A DNA stretch of 64,000 nt, from assembly GCF_009914755.1 (NCBI RefSeq), contig NC_060925.1. The stretch is one strand, 5' to 3'. The position numbers were made by a program, and so were the translations under genes. Shown here piece after piece: positions 1 through 20,072 of the stretch. The notes beneath the pieces are model-generated. The model had not been told where the DNA came from. It did no database searches and saw only the letters and a program-made list of their open reading frames with translations. Numbering within the stretch: position 1 is the first letter of the stretch; every line of letters begins with the position of its first letter. This stretch comes from the human T2T-CHM13v2.0 reference genome, Homo sapiens.

Positions 1-172
1 AAAGCAAAAAAATGCTTTAGTGATGGTTCCTTGGGTGACAGCATCTGTTCAGAGAGTTGACTCAGAGAGCCTCAGAAGCTCAGGGTTCCAGCCAGGAGCA
101 GAAAGGACTCTTGGCAGAGCTGTTTCCTGTACCTCTTTTGATCATAAAGCTCAGTTTTGGAAAGGTTCTCAC

Positions 173-383
173 CAGTCTTGTGGTTTCCTGGTTGTGCGTC
201 AGTACATTCTGGCTGAAACACTTCCCTTCCTTCAGGCCAGCCTCTCCGCCAATGGCTCCCAGTTCCATGGTTCACTCTCTTCAGCTTTGAACTAGACTCC
301 AAGGACACTGCTGGCTGCAGCATAAACCTTGAATGAGAGTTTGCAGCTGGGATGGTAGCCCTCCCCTCCTTGTGATGGGGATC
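173..383 (-). other. Candidate exon of a minus-strand transcript (probably non-coding)
   Basis: Minus-strand acceptor ttacccttatttttttccttttag|GAT at 383, donor CTG|gtgaga at 173; unique sequence; one frame open 383-72. Confidence 0.35.
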
Positions 384-484
384 CTAAAAGGAAAAAAATA
401 AGGGTAAAACCAAAAGTCCATAGAAGCAGAGAATTTTAGAATCAATGAGTGGTTAGCATACAATCTCTTTCCCAATATAGTATG

Positions 485-620
485 CAATAGAGTCACCTGG
501 GCAACTGGTTAAAATACAGAGATTCCTAGTCCAAACTCAGATATTCTAAATGAGAATCTTTAAGTAGAAACTGGGAATCTGTGTTTTCAAGAATCTCCTT
601 GGCAATTCTTACGTAGTCAC
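485..620. mobile_element. MER5A/MER20-like hAT-Charlie fragment
   Basis: gtcacctggg...gttaaaatacagagattcct...gggaatctgtgttttcaaga...caattctt pattern typical of MER5. Confidence 0.45.
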
Positions 621-1449
621 TGTACAGTATAATTTACCAAATTTTATAAATTAGGAAACCTAGGCACAGAAACATTAATTAACTTTGTCAAGGTAAAACA
701 GGTGGCCTAAATCTCACATTGTGCTCTTTCTATTGTACCACATTGTTCTTCACTCTTCTTTCTTGTGATTCTGTAATCAGGCTTGGGTCTCATGCTTCCT
801 AACCATGCACTCTTCCTGTGTGCTTTGACCCTGTGTATTTCTCTGAAAATAACTCAGTCTGTTTATATAAGGTCACTTTCAAATCCCACTACCCTCAACT
901 CAGGCATTATTAAGCAAATGTGTAAGTTCAGAACAGCTATTAGAAATGGTAATATTCGTATTCATCTGTTCCTGGCGAGAAGGTATATATGATGTGATCA
1001 GGGATACTGGCAGTTTGGATAGCTCACATATGCCGTCCCCACCCCACCAAAAAAAAGGAATTCTTCAGACACTTTAGCAAGTGATAATTATATACAGTCA
1101 TTCAAAGTTTTCAGGGTTATTTACAGAACAAAGTTTCTGCAGGATGGCTTGAGTATGCTACAAAGTAGAAACGGTTAAGCAGAAGACCAAAAGATTCTCC
1201 AGTGAAAATGGCTTATTTTTCTCTAGAAACTTAATGGTATTAGAAACTGTAAATTTTGCAATGGATCAGAACCATCATAAACTGAAAGGAGCACTAAGGA
1301 TGATATATGCTTCATCATTCCCATGCTTATAGACCAGAGTATGAACTGTGCCAGGAGTCACAGACTAGCTCAAAGAAGTCATAATACCATGTAATTAAGT
1401 ACTTAATGGTATATGCATAGAGGAAACTTTTAAAATAATGCAAGAATAA

Positions 1450-1620
1450 AATTGTGGTTGAAGTGCAATTTTTGGAGTCAGATAGATCTGAATCAAAATC
1501 CCAGATCTACTACTTACCAGCTGTGTAGACTTGAGGAAGTTATTTAATTTCTTTAAGTCTTAATTTCCTCATCTATAAAATGAAACCTGAGAGGGTTCTC
1601 AAGAATATTAAATCATGAGA
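1450..1620 (+). mobile_element. MIR SINE
   Basis: ttggagtcagatagatctg...acttaccagctgtgtagacttgaggaagttatttaa...ttcctcatctataaaatg core. Confidence 0.7.
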
Positions 1621-1843
1621 GTGGGAAGAATGAACTGGGGAGGGGGTGCTGGGTTTTTGAAGAAAACAACAGTAAAAGTGAGAAACATAGGTAAACCAAA
1701 GTTATCCAAGGAGAAATACAAAGTTATCCAAAGAGTAACAAACTAAAAATATTTGTATGATAATTAACCTAAAATATCAATGTGAGTTTTGTCACCAAAT
1801 CCCATGAGTCCTGTGCCCACATTAGCATATGTAAAGATTGTCA

Positions 1844-2865
1844 GGGTCTAGCCAACATGGCCGATTAGGAACAGCTCCAGTATACAGCTCCCAGCGTGAG
1901 CGACGCAGAAGATGAATGATTTCTGCATTTCCAACTGAGGTACAGGGTTCATCTCATGGGGGATTGTTGGACAGTGGGTGCAGGACAGTGGGTGCAGCAC
2001 ACTGAGTGTGAGCTGAAGCAAGGTGAGGCATCGTCTCACCCAGGAAGCACAAGGGGTCAGGGAATTCCCTTTCCTAGCCAAAGAAAGGGATGACAGATGG
2101 CACCTGGAAAATCAGGTCACTCCCACCCTAATACTGCACTTTTCCAACAGTCTTAGAAACGGCACACCAGGAGATTAGATCCCACGCCTGGTTCAGAGGG
2201 TGCTACACTCACGGAGCCTCGCTTATTGCTAGCACAGCAATCTGAGCTCAAACTGCAAGGTGGCAGTGAGGCTGGGGGAGGGGCACCCACCATTGCTGAG
2301 GCTTGAGCAGGTAAACAAAGTGGCAAGGAAGCTCGAACTGGGTGGAACCCACCACATCTCAAGTAGTGCCTGCCTCTGTAGATTCCACCTCTGGGGACAG
2401 GGCATAGCCAAACAAAAGGCAGCAGAAACCTCTGCAGACTTAAATGTCCCTGTCTGACAGCTTTGAAGAGAGGAGTGGTTCTCCCAGCATGCAGCTTGAC
2501 ATCTGAGAATGGACAGACTGCCTCCTCAAGTGGGTCCCTGACCCCTGAGTAGCCTAACTGGGAGGCATCCCCTAATAGGGGCAGACTGACACCTCATATG
2601 GCCGGGTAGTCCTCTGAGACAAAAGTTCTAGAGGAACAATCAAGCAGCAACATTTGCTGTTCACCAATATTCGCTGTTCTGCAGCCACTGCTGCTGATAC
2701 CCAGGCAAACAGGGTCTGGAGTGGACCTCCGGCAAACTCCAACAGACCTGCAGCTGAGGGTCCTGACTGTTAGAAGGAAAACTAACAAACAGAAAGGACA
2801 TCCATGACAAAACCCCATCTGTACATCACCATCATCAAAGACCAAAGGTAGATAAAACCGCAAAG
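1844..2865 (+). promoter_or_regulatory. L1 5'UTR: internal sense promoter plus antisense promoter, with the ~129-bp ZNF93-binding segment
   Basis: YY1-like aacatggcc near 1854; extra segment 2613-2740 that is absent from L1HS/L1PA2. Confidence 0.8.
2153..2293 (-). pseudogene. L1 antisense ORF0 homologue, truncated (46 aa)
   Basis: MVGAPPPASLPPCSLSSDCCASNKRGSVSVAPSEPG matches the ORF0 N-terminus (MAGAPPPASLPPCSLISDCCAS); premature stop. Confidence 0.75.
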
Positions 2866-3884
2866 ATGGGGAAAAAACAGAGCAGAAAAACTGAAAATTC
2901 TAAAAATCAGAGTGCCTCTCCTCCTCCAAAGGAATGCAGCTCCTCACCAGCAGTGGAACAAAGCTGGACAGAGAATGACTTTGACAAGTTGCAACAAGAA
3001 GGCTTCAGACGATCAAACTTCTCTGAGCTAAAGGAGGAAGTTCGAACTCATGGCAAAGAAGTTAAAAACGTTGAAAAAAGATTAGACGAATGGCTAACTA
3101 GAATAACCAATGCAGAGAAGTCCTTAAAGGACCTGAAGGAGCTGAAAACCACAACACGAGATCTACGTGATGAATGCACAAGCCTCAGTAGCCAATTCAA
3201 TCAACTGGAAGAAACGGTATCAGTGATGGAAGATCAAATGAATGAAATGAAGTGAGAAGAGAAGTTTAGAGAAAAAAAGAATAAAAAGAAATGAACAAAG
3301 CCTCCAAGAAATATGGGACTATGTGAAAAGACCAAATCTATGTCTGATTGGTGTACCTGAAAGTGACGGGGAGAATGGAACCAAGTTGGAAAACACTCTG
3401 CAGAATATTATCCAGGAGAACTTCCCCAATCTAGCAAGGCAGGCCAACATTCAAATTCAGGAAATACAGAGAATGCCACAAAGATACTCCTCGAGAAGAG
3501 CAACTCCAAGACACATAACTGTCAGATTCACCAAAGTTGAAATGAAGGAAAAAATGTTAAGGGCAGCCAGAGAGAAAGGTCAGGTTACCCACAAAGGGAA
3601 GCCAATCAGACTAACAGCTGATCTCTCAGCAGAAACTCTACAAGCCAGAAGAGAGTGGGGGCCAATATTCAACATTCTTAAAGAAAAGAATTTTCAACTC
3701 AGAATTTCATATCCAGCCAAACTAAGCTTCATAAGTGAAGGAGAAATAAAATACTTTACAGACAAGCAAATGCTGAGAGATTTTTGTCACCACCAGGCCT
3801 GCCCTAAAAGAGCTCCTGAAGGAAGCGCTAAACATGGAAAGGAGCAACCAGTACCAGCCACTGCAAAAACATGCCAAATTGTAA
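2866..3884 (+). pseudogene. L1 ORF1p (disabled)
   Basis: MGKKQSRKTENSKNQSASPPPK start; TGA at 3253-3255; frameshifts in homopolymer runs near 3275 and 3783. Confidence 0.92.
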
Positions 3885-3947
3885 AGACCATCGAGGCTAG
3901 GAAGAAACTGCATCAACTAATGAGCAAAATAACCCGCTAACATCATA

Positions 3948-7779
<3,832 letters not shown>

Positions 7780-8649
7780 ACAATGAGAACACATGGACAC
7801 AGGAAGGGGAACATCACACACCCGGGCCTGTTGTGGAGTGGGGGGAGGGGGGAGGGATAGTATTAGGAGATATACCTAAAGTTAAATGACGAGTTAATGG
7901 GTGCAGCACACCAACGTGGCACACGTATACATATGTAACAAACCTGCACATTGTGCACATGTACCCTAAAACTTAAAGTATAATTTTTAAAAAAAGAAAA
8001 AATTTGGGGAAAGGAAAAGGGCAATAAAAATGAGATTAAAAAGAAGAAGAAAAAGAAGATTGTCAAATATGGATAACATACACATATTGTATAAGCCCCA
8101 TGAAATTAGGGAGTTTTATATGTTTGTTCACTCCCATGCCTTCTGCTTAGTTATGGAATCAATGAATAGGTTGGTAGGATCTAAAAAGAGCCAAAAGTCT
8201 TGATACCTCAACAAGAGAGGAGGCCAATTAATATGTAATGAATATATAAATATCTCTGAGCCATCTGGGTGACTGCCTATCCTGTGTGCAGTTGTGTGTG
8301 CCAAGTCTCTGCCCTACAGCCAAGAGATGAAGGTTAGGTTCTGTTGTAAGAGCAAAGCAGATTCCCTGTTGTGTTGCTAAAATGTCTTAAACTCTGCTTC
8401 AATACCAACGAACTTGGGGAACACCTGCTTAGATAAAAGTTATAATATTAGTAACCAATTGCCTAATACTTGAGATTATCTCAAATCAGATGCCATGTCA
8501 AGAAAGTCATGAGTTTGTCCTGAACATTTCCAAAATATTGCTACAATATAATGGAGACTTGGTGAAAAGGTGTTGGAAGTAAACCATAATTTAATAAATA
8601 CTTCTTGTATTACAGATGAAGTCCAAAGCCATTAAATTGGCAGAAAAAA

Positions 8650-8722
8650 GTGAGGAGGGAAGAAGGGGAAGATAAGGAGAAAGAAGGAAGGAATGAAAGA
8701 AGGAAAAAGGAAGGAAGGAAGA
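8650..8722. repeat. GA-rich low-complexity / (GGAA)n
   Basis: aaggaaggaatgaaagaaggaaaaaggaaggaaggaa. Confidence 0.7.
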
Positions 8723-8929
8723 CCAGCAAAGAGAGTATAGGATCATATACTTAAACCAAAATATAAGTAAGCTAAAACTTACCGTTATTTTCTAACGTAT
8801 AGTCTCTTAACATATCATTACCTTAATGAGTTAAATTAGTCACTATAAAATGAGTCAAACTGTCACAAGAACAAGAGTAGTTCCCTCTTCACAGCTCACT
8901 GCTGTGTACCTAGTGCCTTGGTAGTAGAA

Positions 8930-9170
8930 GTGGTACAGTATGCTGGTTATGAGCTCAAACTTGGGGTCATAGAGATGAAGATTGGCTCTGCCTCTCACTA
9001 GTTCTGTGACTTCAAAGAAGCCACTTATGCTGACTGAGCCTCAGTTGTTTTTGTTTTTTTGTAGAAGGGATATAAGAATATATACCTCACAGATTTGTAT
9101 AAAGACAGTTTTGATAATAAATCCCAAAACATGGTACACAAGGCCCAACAATTTGTAACTACCATTTTCA
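8930..9170 (+). mobile_element. MIR SINE
   Basis: ggctctgcctctcactagttctgtgacttc...ctgagcctcagtt...atacctcacag. Confidence 0.6.
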
Positions 9171-11373
9171 TCATCATCATCATCACTAATATTATTGACA
9201 TCTTGAAATATCTCAATATCTGAGATCCTGAAATCTCTCAGTTTTATTATTTAAAAATGTATTATGTGAGTTGGTGTGGAAAATGGGGCTGCGATATGTA
9301 TGTACTGCTGGAGCTCCTGGGAGAAAGATCTAAAATGCTATTCCCCTGTGGCAGTTGAGATGACTATACTTAGCTTTTATATGTATCCTATGTTCACAAA
9401 CTGCATGCAACTTTTTCTATCCTTTGTATTCGACCTTCTGGTTATACACAATAGATTTTACCTTTTGCTGATGAAGCAACTAAAGCAAAGAAAAATGAAA
9501 TACTTGGCCTGGGATCATAAGATGAGCCATAATTATCATAATTCCCCAAATCCCAGTCCTGAGTTTAGCCAAACAAACTGGAGTTACCATGGGGTTTAAC
9601 AATGAGTCAACCACAGAGGTATCTGGGAGAATTTTAAGACAATCCAAATATACTTTGCATTTCTTAGTTTGTATTATACAAAAAAAAAAAGTAAACTGAA
9701 ACAGAGGAATGGAGAATACAAGGCTGTGTAGTAAAAATAGTAAGGAGTCTTTTAGATTCTACTGTAAAAACAAAGTAGATTTGATTCATAAGCTACAGGA
9801 AGATTATTCTGCCAAAAGAGAACCAAAAGAATGAGCTAAGTTTTAGAGAAAAATGATCAACATAGTCTGTGTGGTTACTAAGGTTGTTGCATGGAGACTT
9901 AAAATATTTAAATAAAATAAGAAATTCTGAGAGGTCAGAGAGTAGAATAGAAGAACATAGAAGTGGGAGTAGGGAGACCTGGCTCTGTTCATCATGAATT
10001 GAACTGCTTTATGGAGATCACATAGTTGCTAAAATGGGGATATCTATCCTAACCCTAAAGAATGATTATGAAGATACAAAAACAAAATGCTAGTTTTTTA
10101 AAAAATTAAAAACAATATGCACACTAGTTATTATTGAAACTTACTTATTAGGAAACATTGATTATTTCATATGACCACCCCTGTCTCCACCAGAAGAAAC
10201 CCTGGAAAAAAATGTAGACTTGAATCCCATTCTCCTTTACCCACAAGTAGACGTGTATTAAATACTAGTTCCAGATATTGTAAAGGATTCAAAGACCTAC
10301 AAAACATGAATTCTGCCCTTCAAAAATTTAGTTGGAGTATAAAACATAGAAAGTATATAATTACAGAAAGATAAATCATTTGATAAAGATAAATCATAGT
10401 TTAATAAATTGCTAAAACATTTCCACAAAAGACCACCATAAAAACTTATTAATGTTGATGAAAACTAGAATGGTTAAAGGGAGCAAAATAAAAGGAAGTT
10501 GAGTTTGTGATAAGACATGGAGGAATTAAACTGTTAAAATGAAAGTGTGGTTTTTTTTATATCATAATGAAAAGTTAAATTTTCATCCAATAGAAATTGA
10601 GGAAAGTCTAAAAAATATTTTAGTAAGAATGCATCTTTTGGAAGACTCATCTAGCAGTGGTGGTTTGGAAAAAGAATAAAAGCAAGGAGGCTCATTAGGA
10701 GACATTTGTGATCATTCAAATACAGGAACAAGAGCCTGAAATACAGTTATGGCTGTGGGAATTAAAATGAAACAAGCGTATGAGAAATTTTTAGGGAGAT
10801 TTCTTAGGGAAAAAGTCTACAAAATCTGACAATTGATTCAGTGGATAAAGTAAAAATCAGGATAAAAATCAGACAAAAGAGACTACGGTTTTAAGCCTCA
10901 GTTCAGAAAAACATGGTCCTACCTACAGATATAGAATGTCACAAGAAGAATATTTTGCTATTATAACTTTTAAGAATAAAATTTTCAGCACAGTACTTGG
11001 GGAGTAGTAATAGCTCTAAAAATTACTACTGTCAGATATACTTAGAGATGTCTCAATAAATCAAGGGTAGGTTAGAGAAATTCAGAGACCTGGAAACAAA
11101 AGTTAGGGCTATATTTAGCAAATTCCAACAGTCTGCAAATATGCTATCTACCTTGTGGACTAGGCATTATCCACTGTGACATAAGCAGGCATATCAAGTT
11201 TACACGGCCTTAGAAAAGTGAATAGTTAAATTTGCTTAGGTGTTATCAAAGCCTAAGTGTTGTAGTGTCTTTCAGCTCATGTGGGGTGTATATCAATAGA
11301 TATCTCTTCTTATAGTACATTCTAAGAATGATGATGTATTCTCCCAATAATTCACAACAAAAACTTTAATAAT

Positions 11374-11827
11374 TGTGGTCAGCAGAATAATGGTTCCCCA
11401 AAGATGTCTATTTCCTAGCCCCTGGGACCTTGAATATGCTACTTTACATTGTAAAAGGGTCTGCAAAGATGATAAATTTAAGGATCTTGCGATGGAAGAT
11501 GACACTGGATTATCCAGTTGAGCTTACTATAATCACAGGTCCTTTTAAGTGAAAGACGACAAGAAAGTCAGAGTTAGAGATTTGAAGATGCTATGCCTCT
11601 TAATTTGAAGATTAAAAAAGTGGCTATGAGCCAAGGAATGCAGGCAACCTGTAAAAGCAAATAAACAGATTCTCCCCTAGGACCCCTAAAAGATATGCAG
11701 CCCATTCAACACCTTAATTTTAGTCCAGTAGGACTTTGCTGGACTTCTGACCTACAGAATTCTAAGGTAATAAATTTGTATTCTTCAAAGCTTCAATTGT
11801 TACAGAAAAAATAAGGAAATTCACACA
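11374..11827 (+). mobile_element. MLT1D-like MaLR solo LTR
   Basis: TG...CA ends (tgtggtcagcagaataatgg...ttcacaca), internal aataaa, perfect 5-bp TSD ataat (11369-11373 / 11828-11832). Confidence 0.85.
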
Positions 11828-11924
11828 ATAATATTGTGTATATTTGTTGAATAATACATGTTAATTGTTGAAAATTAAAAGTCTATAAAAAAGTATCTTT
11901 TTAATAATATTATGACCAAATTTA

Positions 11925-14900
11925 CTTTCCTGGCAGTGACAGAATAACATTTACCTGATTTGTCTTCTTATAAACAACTAGAAACTCGACAAAATATAAG
12001 AAACAACTCTTTTCAGATACATGACTATATTCTCTACAAGAGAGTAGGAAAATGAAGTGAGCTCTACAATTCCCCAGCTGTCTCCGTGAAAACACTTTTG
12101 AGACCACATTTGAAATTCCAGTCATCCAGAGGGAAGAGACTTTTTAGAACATCTGTACCATACAACAGAGACTCAAGAAATATTGCACCTTAGTTGTAGG
12201 ACTAAACTAGCTCCAGAAGACAGGCAACTCTAGACCTGCACTGAGAAAGTTTAAAAATAAGCCTGAAAAAATTAAATGAAACCTCAATTTATCTAGCTGG
12301 CACTCAAAACAAGAGTTAACACTCTTCAAAAGGAAGTAAACAAAATACACAGACTCTTCAATGTAATATTCACATTGGTCAGCAACCAATCAAAAAATAC
12401 TAAATATGCAATAGGCCAGGAATTATGACCATAACCAAAATAAAAATGAATTGATAGAAACAGATGCAGCAATGATAGAGATGGTAGAATTAGTATACAA
12501 GGATATTCAAGCAGCTATAATAAATAGGATCATGAAGTTAGTAAAGCATGAACATAAGAACAAGAGAAATCTAAACTAAAGAAGAGTGAAACTGAACTTC
12601 TAAAACTGAAGTTCATGTCCAGAACTTCACTAGACTGGAATAGCAGCCAATTAGACATTACAGAAGAAAAGATCAATGAATTTGAAGACGTAGCAAGAGA
12701 AACTATCCAAACTATAGCACACAGAGAAAAAAAGCTAAAGAAAAAGATGAGACTCAGTGACTGTGGAACAATATCACATAGTTTAACATACATGTAAATG
12801 GATTCCCAGGAGAAAAACTATTTGAATACATGAAATCAGAAGTTTCCCAATTTGATGAAAACTATAACCCATATATCAAAAATGCCCATGCATTCAAGAA
12901 GCAAAATAAAAACAAAAAGAACCACAGGAAGTCCTATCATTATCAAATTACTGAAAATCTGTAATAAAAAGAAAATATTAAAAGCAGCCAGAAATAAAGA
13001 GACACATTAAATTCAGAGAAACAAATGTAAGAATGATTAATGACTTCTCAGAAATAAAAAAGCAAGAATACAATGAAACAGCGCCTTAAAAGTGCTGGAT
13101 ATAAAAAGTGTCAACCTAGAAGCTAATATACAGAAAAAATATCCATCAAACATGGACATGACCTAAAAGCATTTAAATACAAACAAAAGCTGAGAGAATT
13201 TGTCACTAGAAAACATGAATTAAAAGAAATGTGTTTGGAAGTTCTTTAGGACCAAAGGAATATCAGATGGAAACTTGGATTTATAACAAAAATGAAAAGC
13301 CCTGAAAATGCTATATGTGGATAAATATGAGAAATCTTTATTTAACTGTAATTTACTTTACTTTTTAAAATCTGTTTAGAACAGTAACAACAATGTATTG
13401 AAGGCTAATGTGTGTAAAAATATAATCTATGACAATATTAGCACAATTATGACATAATTTTATGCAAATAAAGTTGTATGGTAGTAAGAGTCTTACATTA
13501 TACATGAAGTAGTATATTATTTGAAGGCAGACTTAAAGAAGTTAAAGATGCTTATTATAAAACTTGAGTAATCACTACAAAAAAAGACCACATTGATAAT
13601 AAGCAAAAAAAAGGAAATAGAATATTTAAATATACTCAATTAAGACCCAAAAAGCCATGAAAATGGTAAAAATATATAAACAGGAAAAATGAAGAAATAT
13701 TTAGGATAGTAAACAAATATGATGAAAGGATTAAACTTAACTGTATTGATAATTACACTCAATAATTATCAATTATCAATTGATAATTACACTGTTTAGA
13801 TGACCTAAACATCTCAATTAAAAGGCAGAGATTGTCACATTGGATAAAAAAGCAAAACACAACTCTATGTTGTCTAAAAAAAAAAAACACTTTAAATATA
13901 AGAATATACAGAGGTTAAGAGTGAAAGAATAGAAAAAGATACCACAGAAACACTAAAGAGAAAGCTTATATGGCTATATTAATATCAGGCAAAATGTAGT
14001 TCAGAACAAGGAATACTATCAGGAATAACAAGGCCATTTCATAATGACAAAAGAGCCAATTCATCGAAAAGATGTAACAATCCTAAATGTGTATGCACTT
14101 TATAATACAGCTTAAAAAATACGTAAAATAAAAACTAATAAAAATGACAGGAGAAATAGAAAAGCCCACAATTATAGTTGGATGTAATAACACATCTCTC
14201 CTAGTAATAAAACAGGTTGACAGAAAATCAGTCTAGAAAACTTGAACATTATCAACCAATGTGACACCTAATTGACATATACCAACAATGGCAGGATAGA
14301 CTTTTTTCACATGCAAATTGGACATTTACCAAGATAGACCATATGCTGAGACATAAAACAAGTCTAAATAAGTTGAATGGATTCAAATCATATGTAGTAT
14401 GCCCTCTGACCTCAACAAATTTAAATAAGAAACTAATAACACAAAGACATATGAAAAATCTCCATATTCTTAGAAATTAAACAATATACTTCTCAATAAC
14501 CCATGAATGAAAGAAAAAAATCTAAAGGCAAATAAGATAATATTTCAAATTGTATGAAAACGAAAACACAACATATCAAAATTTATGGGATACAGCTAAG
14601 TGATTGCCTGAAGATAAATTTATAGTTTTAATGCTTGTATTAGAAAAGAATATGTAATATCAGTGATCTGAGTTTTCATTCTAAGAAGCTAGAAATCAAT
14701 TATACTATTAAGCATAAAATAGAAAAAAAGAAAATAATAAAGGCAAGAGCAAAACTCAATGGAATAGAGAAGAAAAAAATCAGAGAAAAACCAAATATCT
14801 AAAAGATACTTATTTTTAAAAGATCAATAAAATATAGACATCTGGCTAGACTGACCAAGAAGACAAACTTTTTAAAACATAACAGGGAAAAAACAATACA

Positions 14901-15980
14901 TTTGACTTTATCAAAAAATTTTTTTAACTCTCCAAAAGAGAAAATTAGGAAATTAAAATGCAAGCCATAGACAGGGATGTGGGGGGATATCTGTAATACA
15001 TATATTTGATAAAAGGCTTGTATCCAAAATATATACATATAAAATTTTTGCAACTCTATAATAAGAAAAGAAGCAACCCAATTTTTTGAAAATGGGCAAA
15101 AGATTTGACCAATTGCTTGCAAAAGAAAATGTATAAATGGTAAATAAATAGGGGGAAAGATGGTCCATATAATCTGTAATCAAGGAAATACAAAAATCAA
15201 GCCCACAATGAGATATTACTAGACAGGCATTTAGAATGGCTAAAGGTATTTAAACTGTCAGTATTCATTGTTGTTATGAATAAAAAGTAAGGGAAATTTT
15301 TATACATTGATGATGGAAGTGTAAAAGATGCATCATTTTGGAAAAGAGTTTAGCAATATGTGTCAAATTAAAGTATGCTTACCGTTTGGCCCAGTGATTT
15401 CATTTCTTGGTATTTACCCATGAAAACGGAAAACATATATTCACAAAAAAAATCTGTATACAAATGCTCATAACGGCTTTATTCATGATGGTTCCAATCT
15501 GGAAAAAACCTAAAGTTCCATTAACAGATAAAAGGCTAAACAAACTACGAATGCTACTTAGCCAAAGGAAAAAAAAAAAAAAGAAAGAAAGAAATGAACT
15601 GCTGACATATGCAACAGCAAGGCTAAGGTTCAACAATATTATGTTGACTTAAGAAAGTTAAAAACAAAACAGTACATACTGTTATACTGTATGTGTATTC
15701 CATTATACTGTTACACATTGCATTATATGACATCTAGAATAGGCAAGACATACATAGTGACAGAAAGAAGGTCAGTAGATACTTCACTGAGTAAAGGAAG
15801 GGATGCTGACAGCAAATGGGCATAAGGGAAATTTTGGGGGTGATAAAAATATTCTTTATCAATTCAAGTGATTGTTATATGAGTTTATATGTTTGCCAAT
15901 ACTTATTAATTGTTCACCTAATATATGTGCATTTTATTGTATGTCATTTATATTCCAATGATGCTGATTTTAAAGAAAAA
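11925..15980 (+). mobile_element. Ancient L1M (L1MC/ME-like): 5' region, ORF1, EN and 3' end; RT region missing
   Basis: ORF1-like LDITEEKINEFED (12615-12797); EN-like sequence ~13800-14860 jumps to the ORF2 C-terminus/3'UTR near 14880. Confidence 0.75.
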
Positions 15981-16520
15981 TCTATTTAAAAGTCTATAAA
16001 TCTGTCATCCAATTTTGTTATAATTACTCCTAATTTTATCAAATTTCTAATTCATATTCAAGATTTTTTCTATGTATTATTTGATGCCTGTTTCTCTACC
16101 TGTACCATTTATAAGCACTTGATGCATACCATCAGTAATTATTTGCAGAAATTTACTAGCTTAATGATCCCTATGATCCTTTATTATTTTAATAAAAATT
16201 TGTCTTATAGTTTGGTATTTAGATTTTCAGTTTATCATTTTTAGAAATAACATTCCAGTCATCACCTCTACACATAAAGCTTTGTCCACACTTGTATCAG
16301 TTCCTTGTGAAAGATTTCTAGAAAGCAATATTGGCTTAGGTTACAGGATACAGGAAGAAGTTATTTATATGCGGCCCCTACTTTTCTAGAATTTTACTTA
16401 TAAAAATTCTGCTTAAAAGATGAGCCACAAGGACAAACTAATACTATGATTCTTATTTCAAGATGATTTGCTTGGAAGTTATATTTTAATTAATTAGCCC
16501 ATTAGAAATTGGGGCAAGAT

Positions 16521-16561
16521 GTCTGGGCACAGTGGCTCACGCCTGTAATCCAAGCACTTTG
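16521..16561 (+). mobile_element. Alu head fragment (consensus positions 1-41)
   Basis: gtctgggcacagtggctcacgcctgtaatccaagcactttg, then abrupt switch to antisense L1. Confidence 0.85.
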
Positions 16562-20072
<3,511 letters not shown>

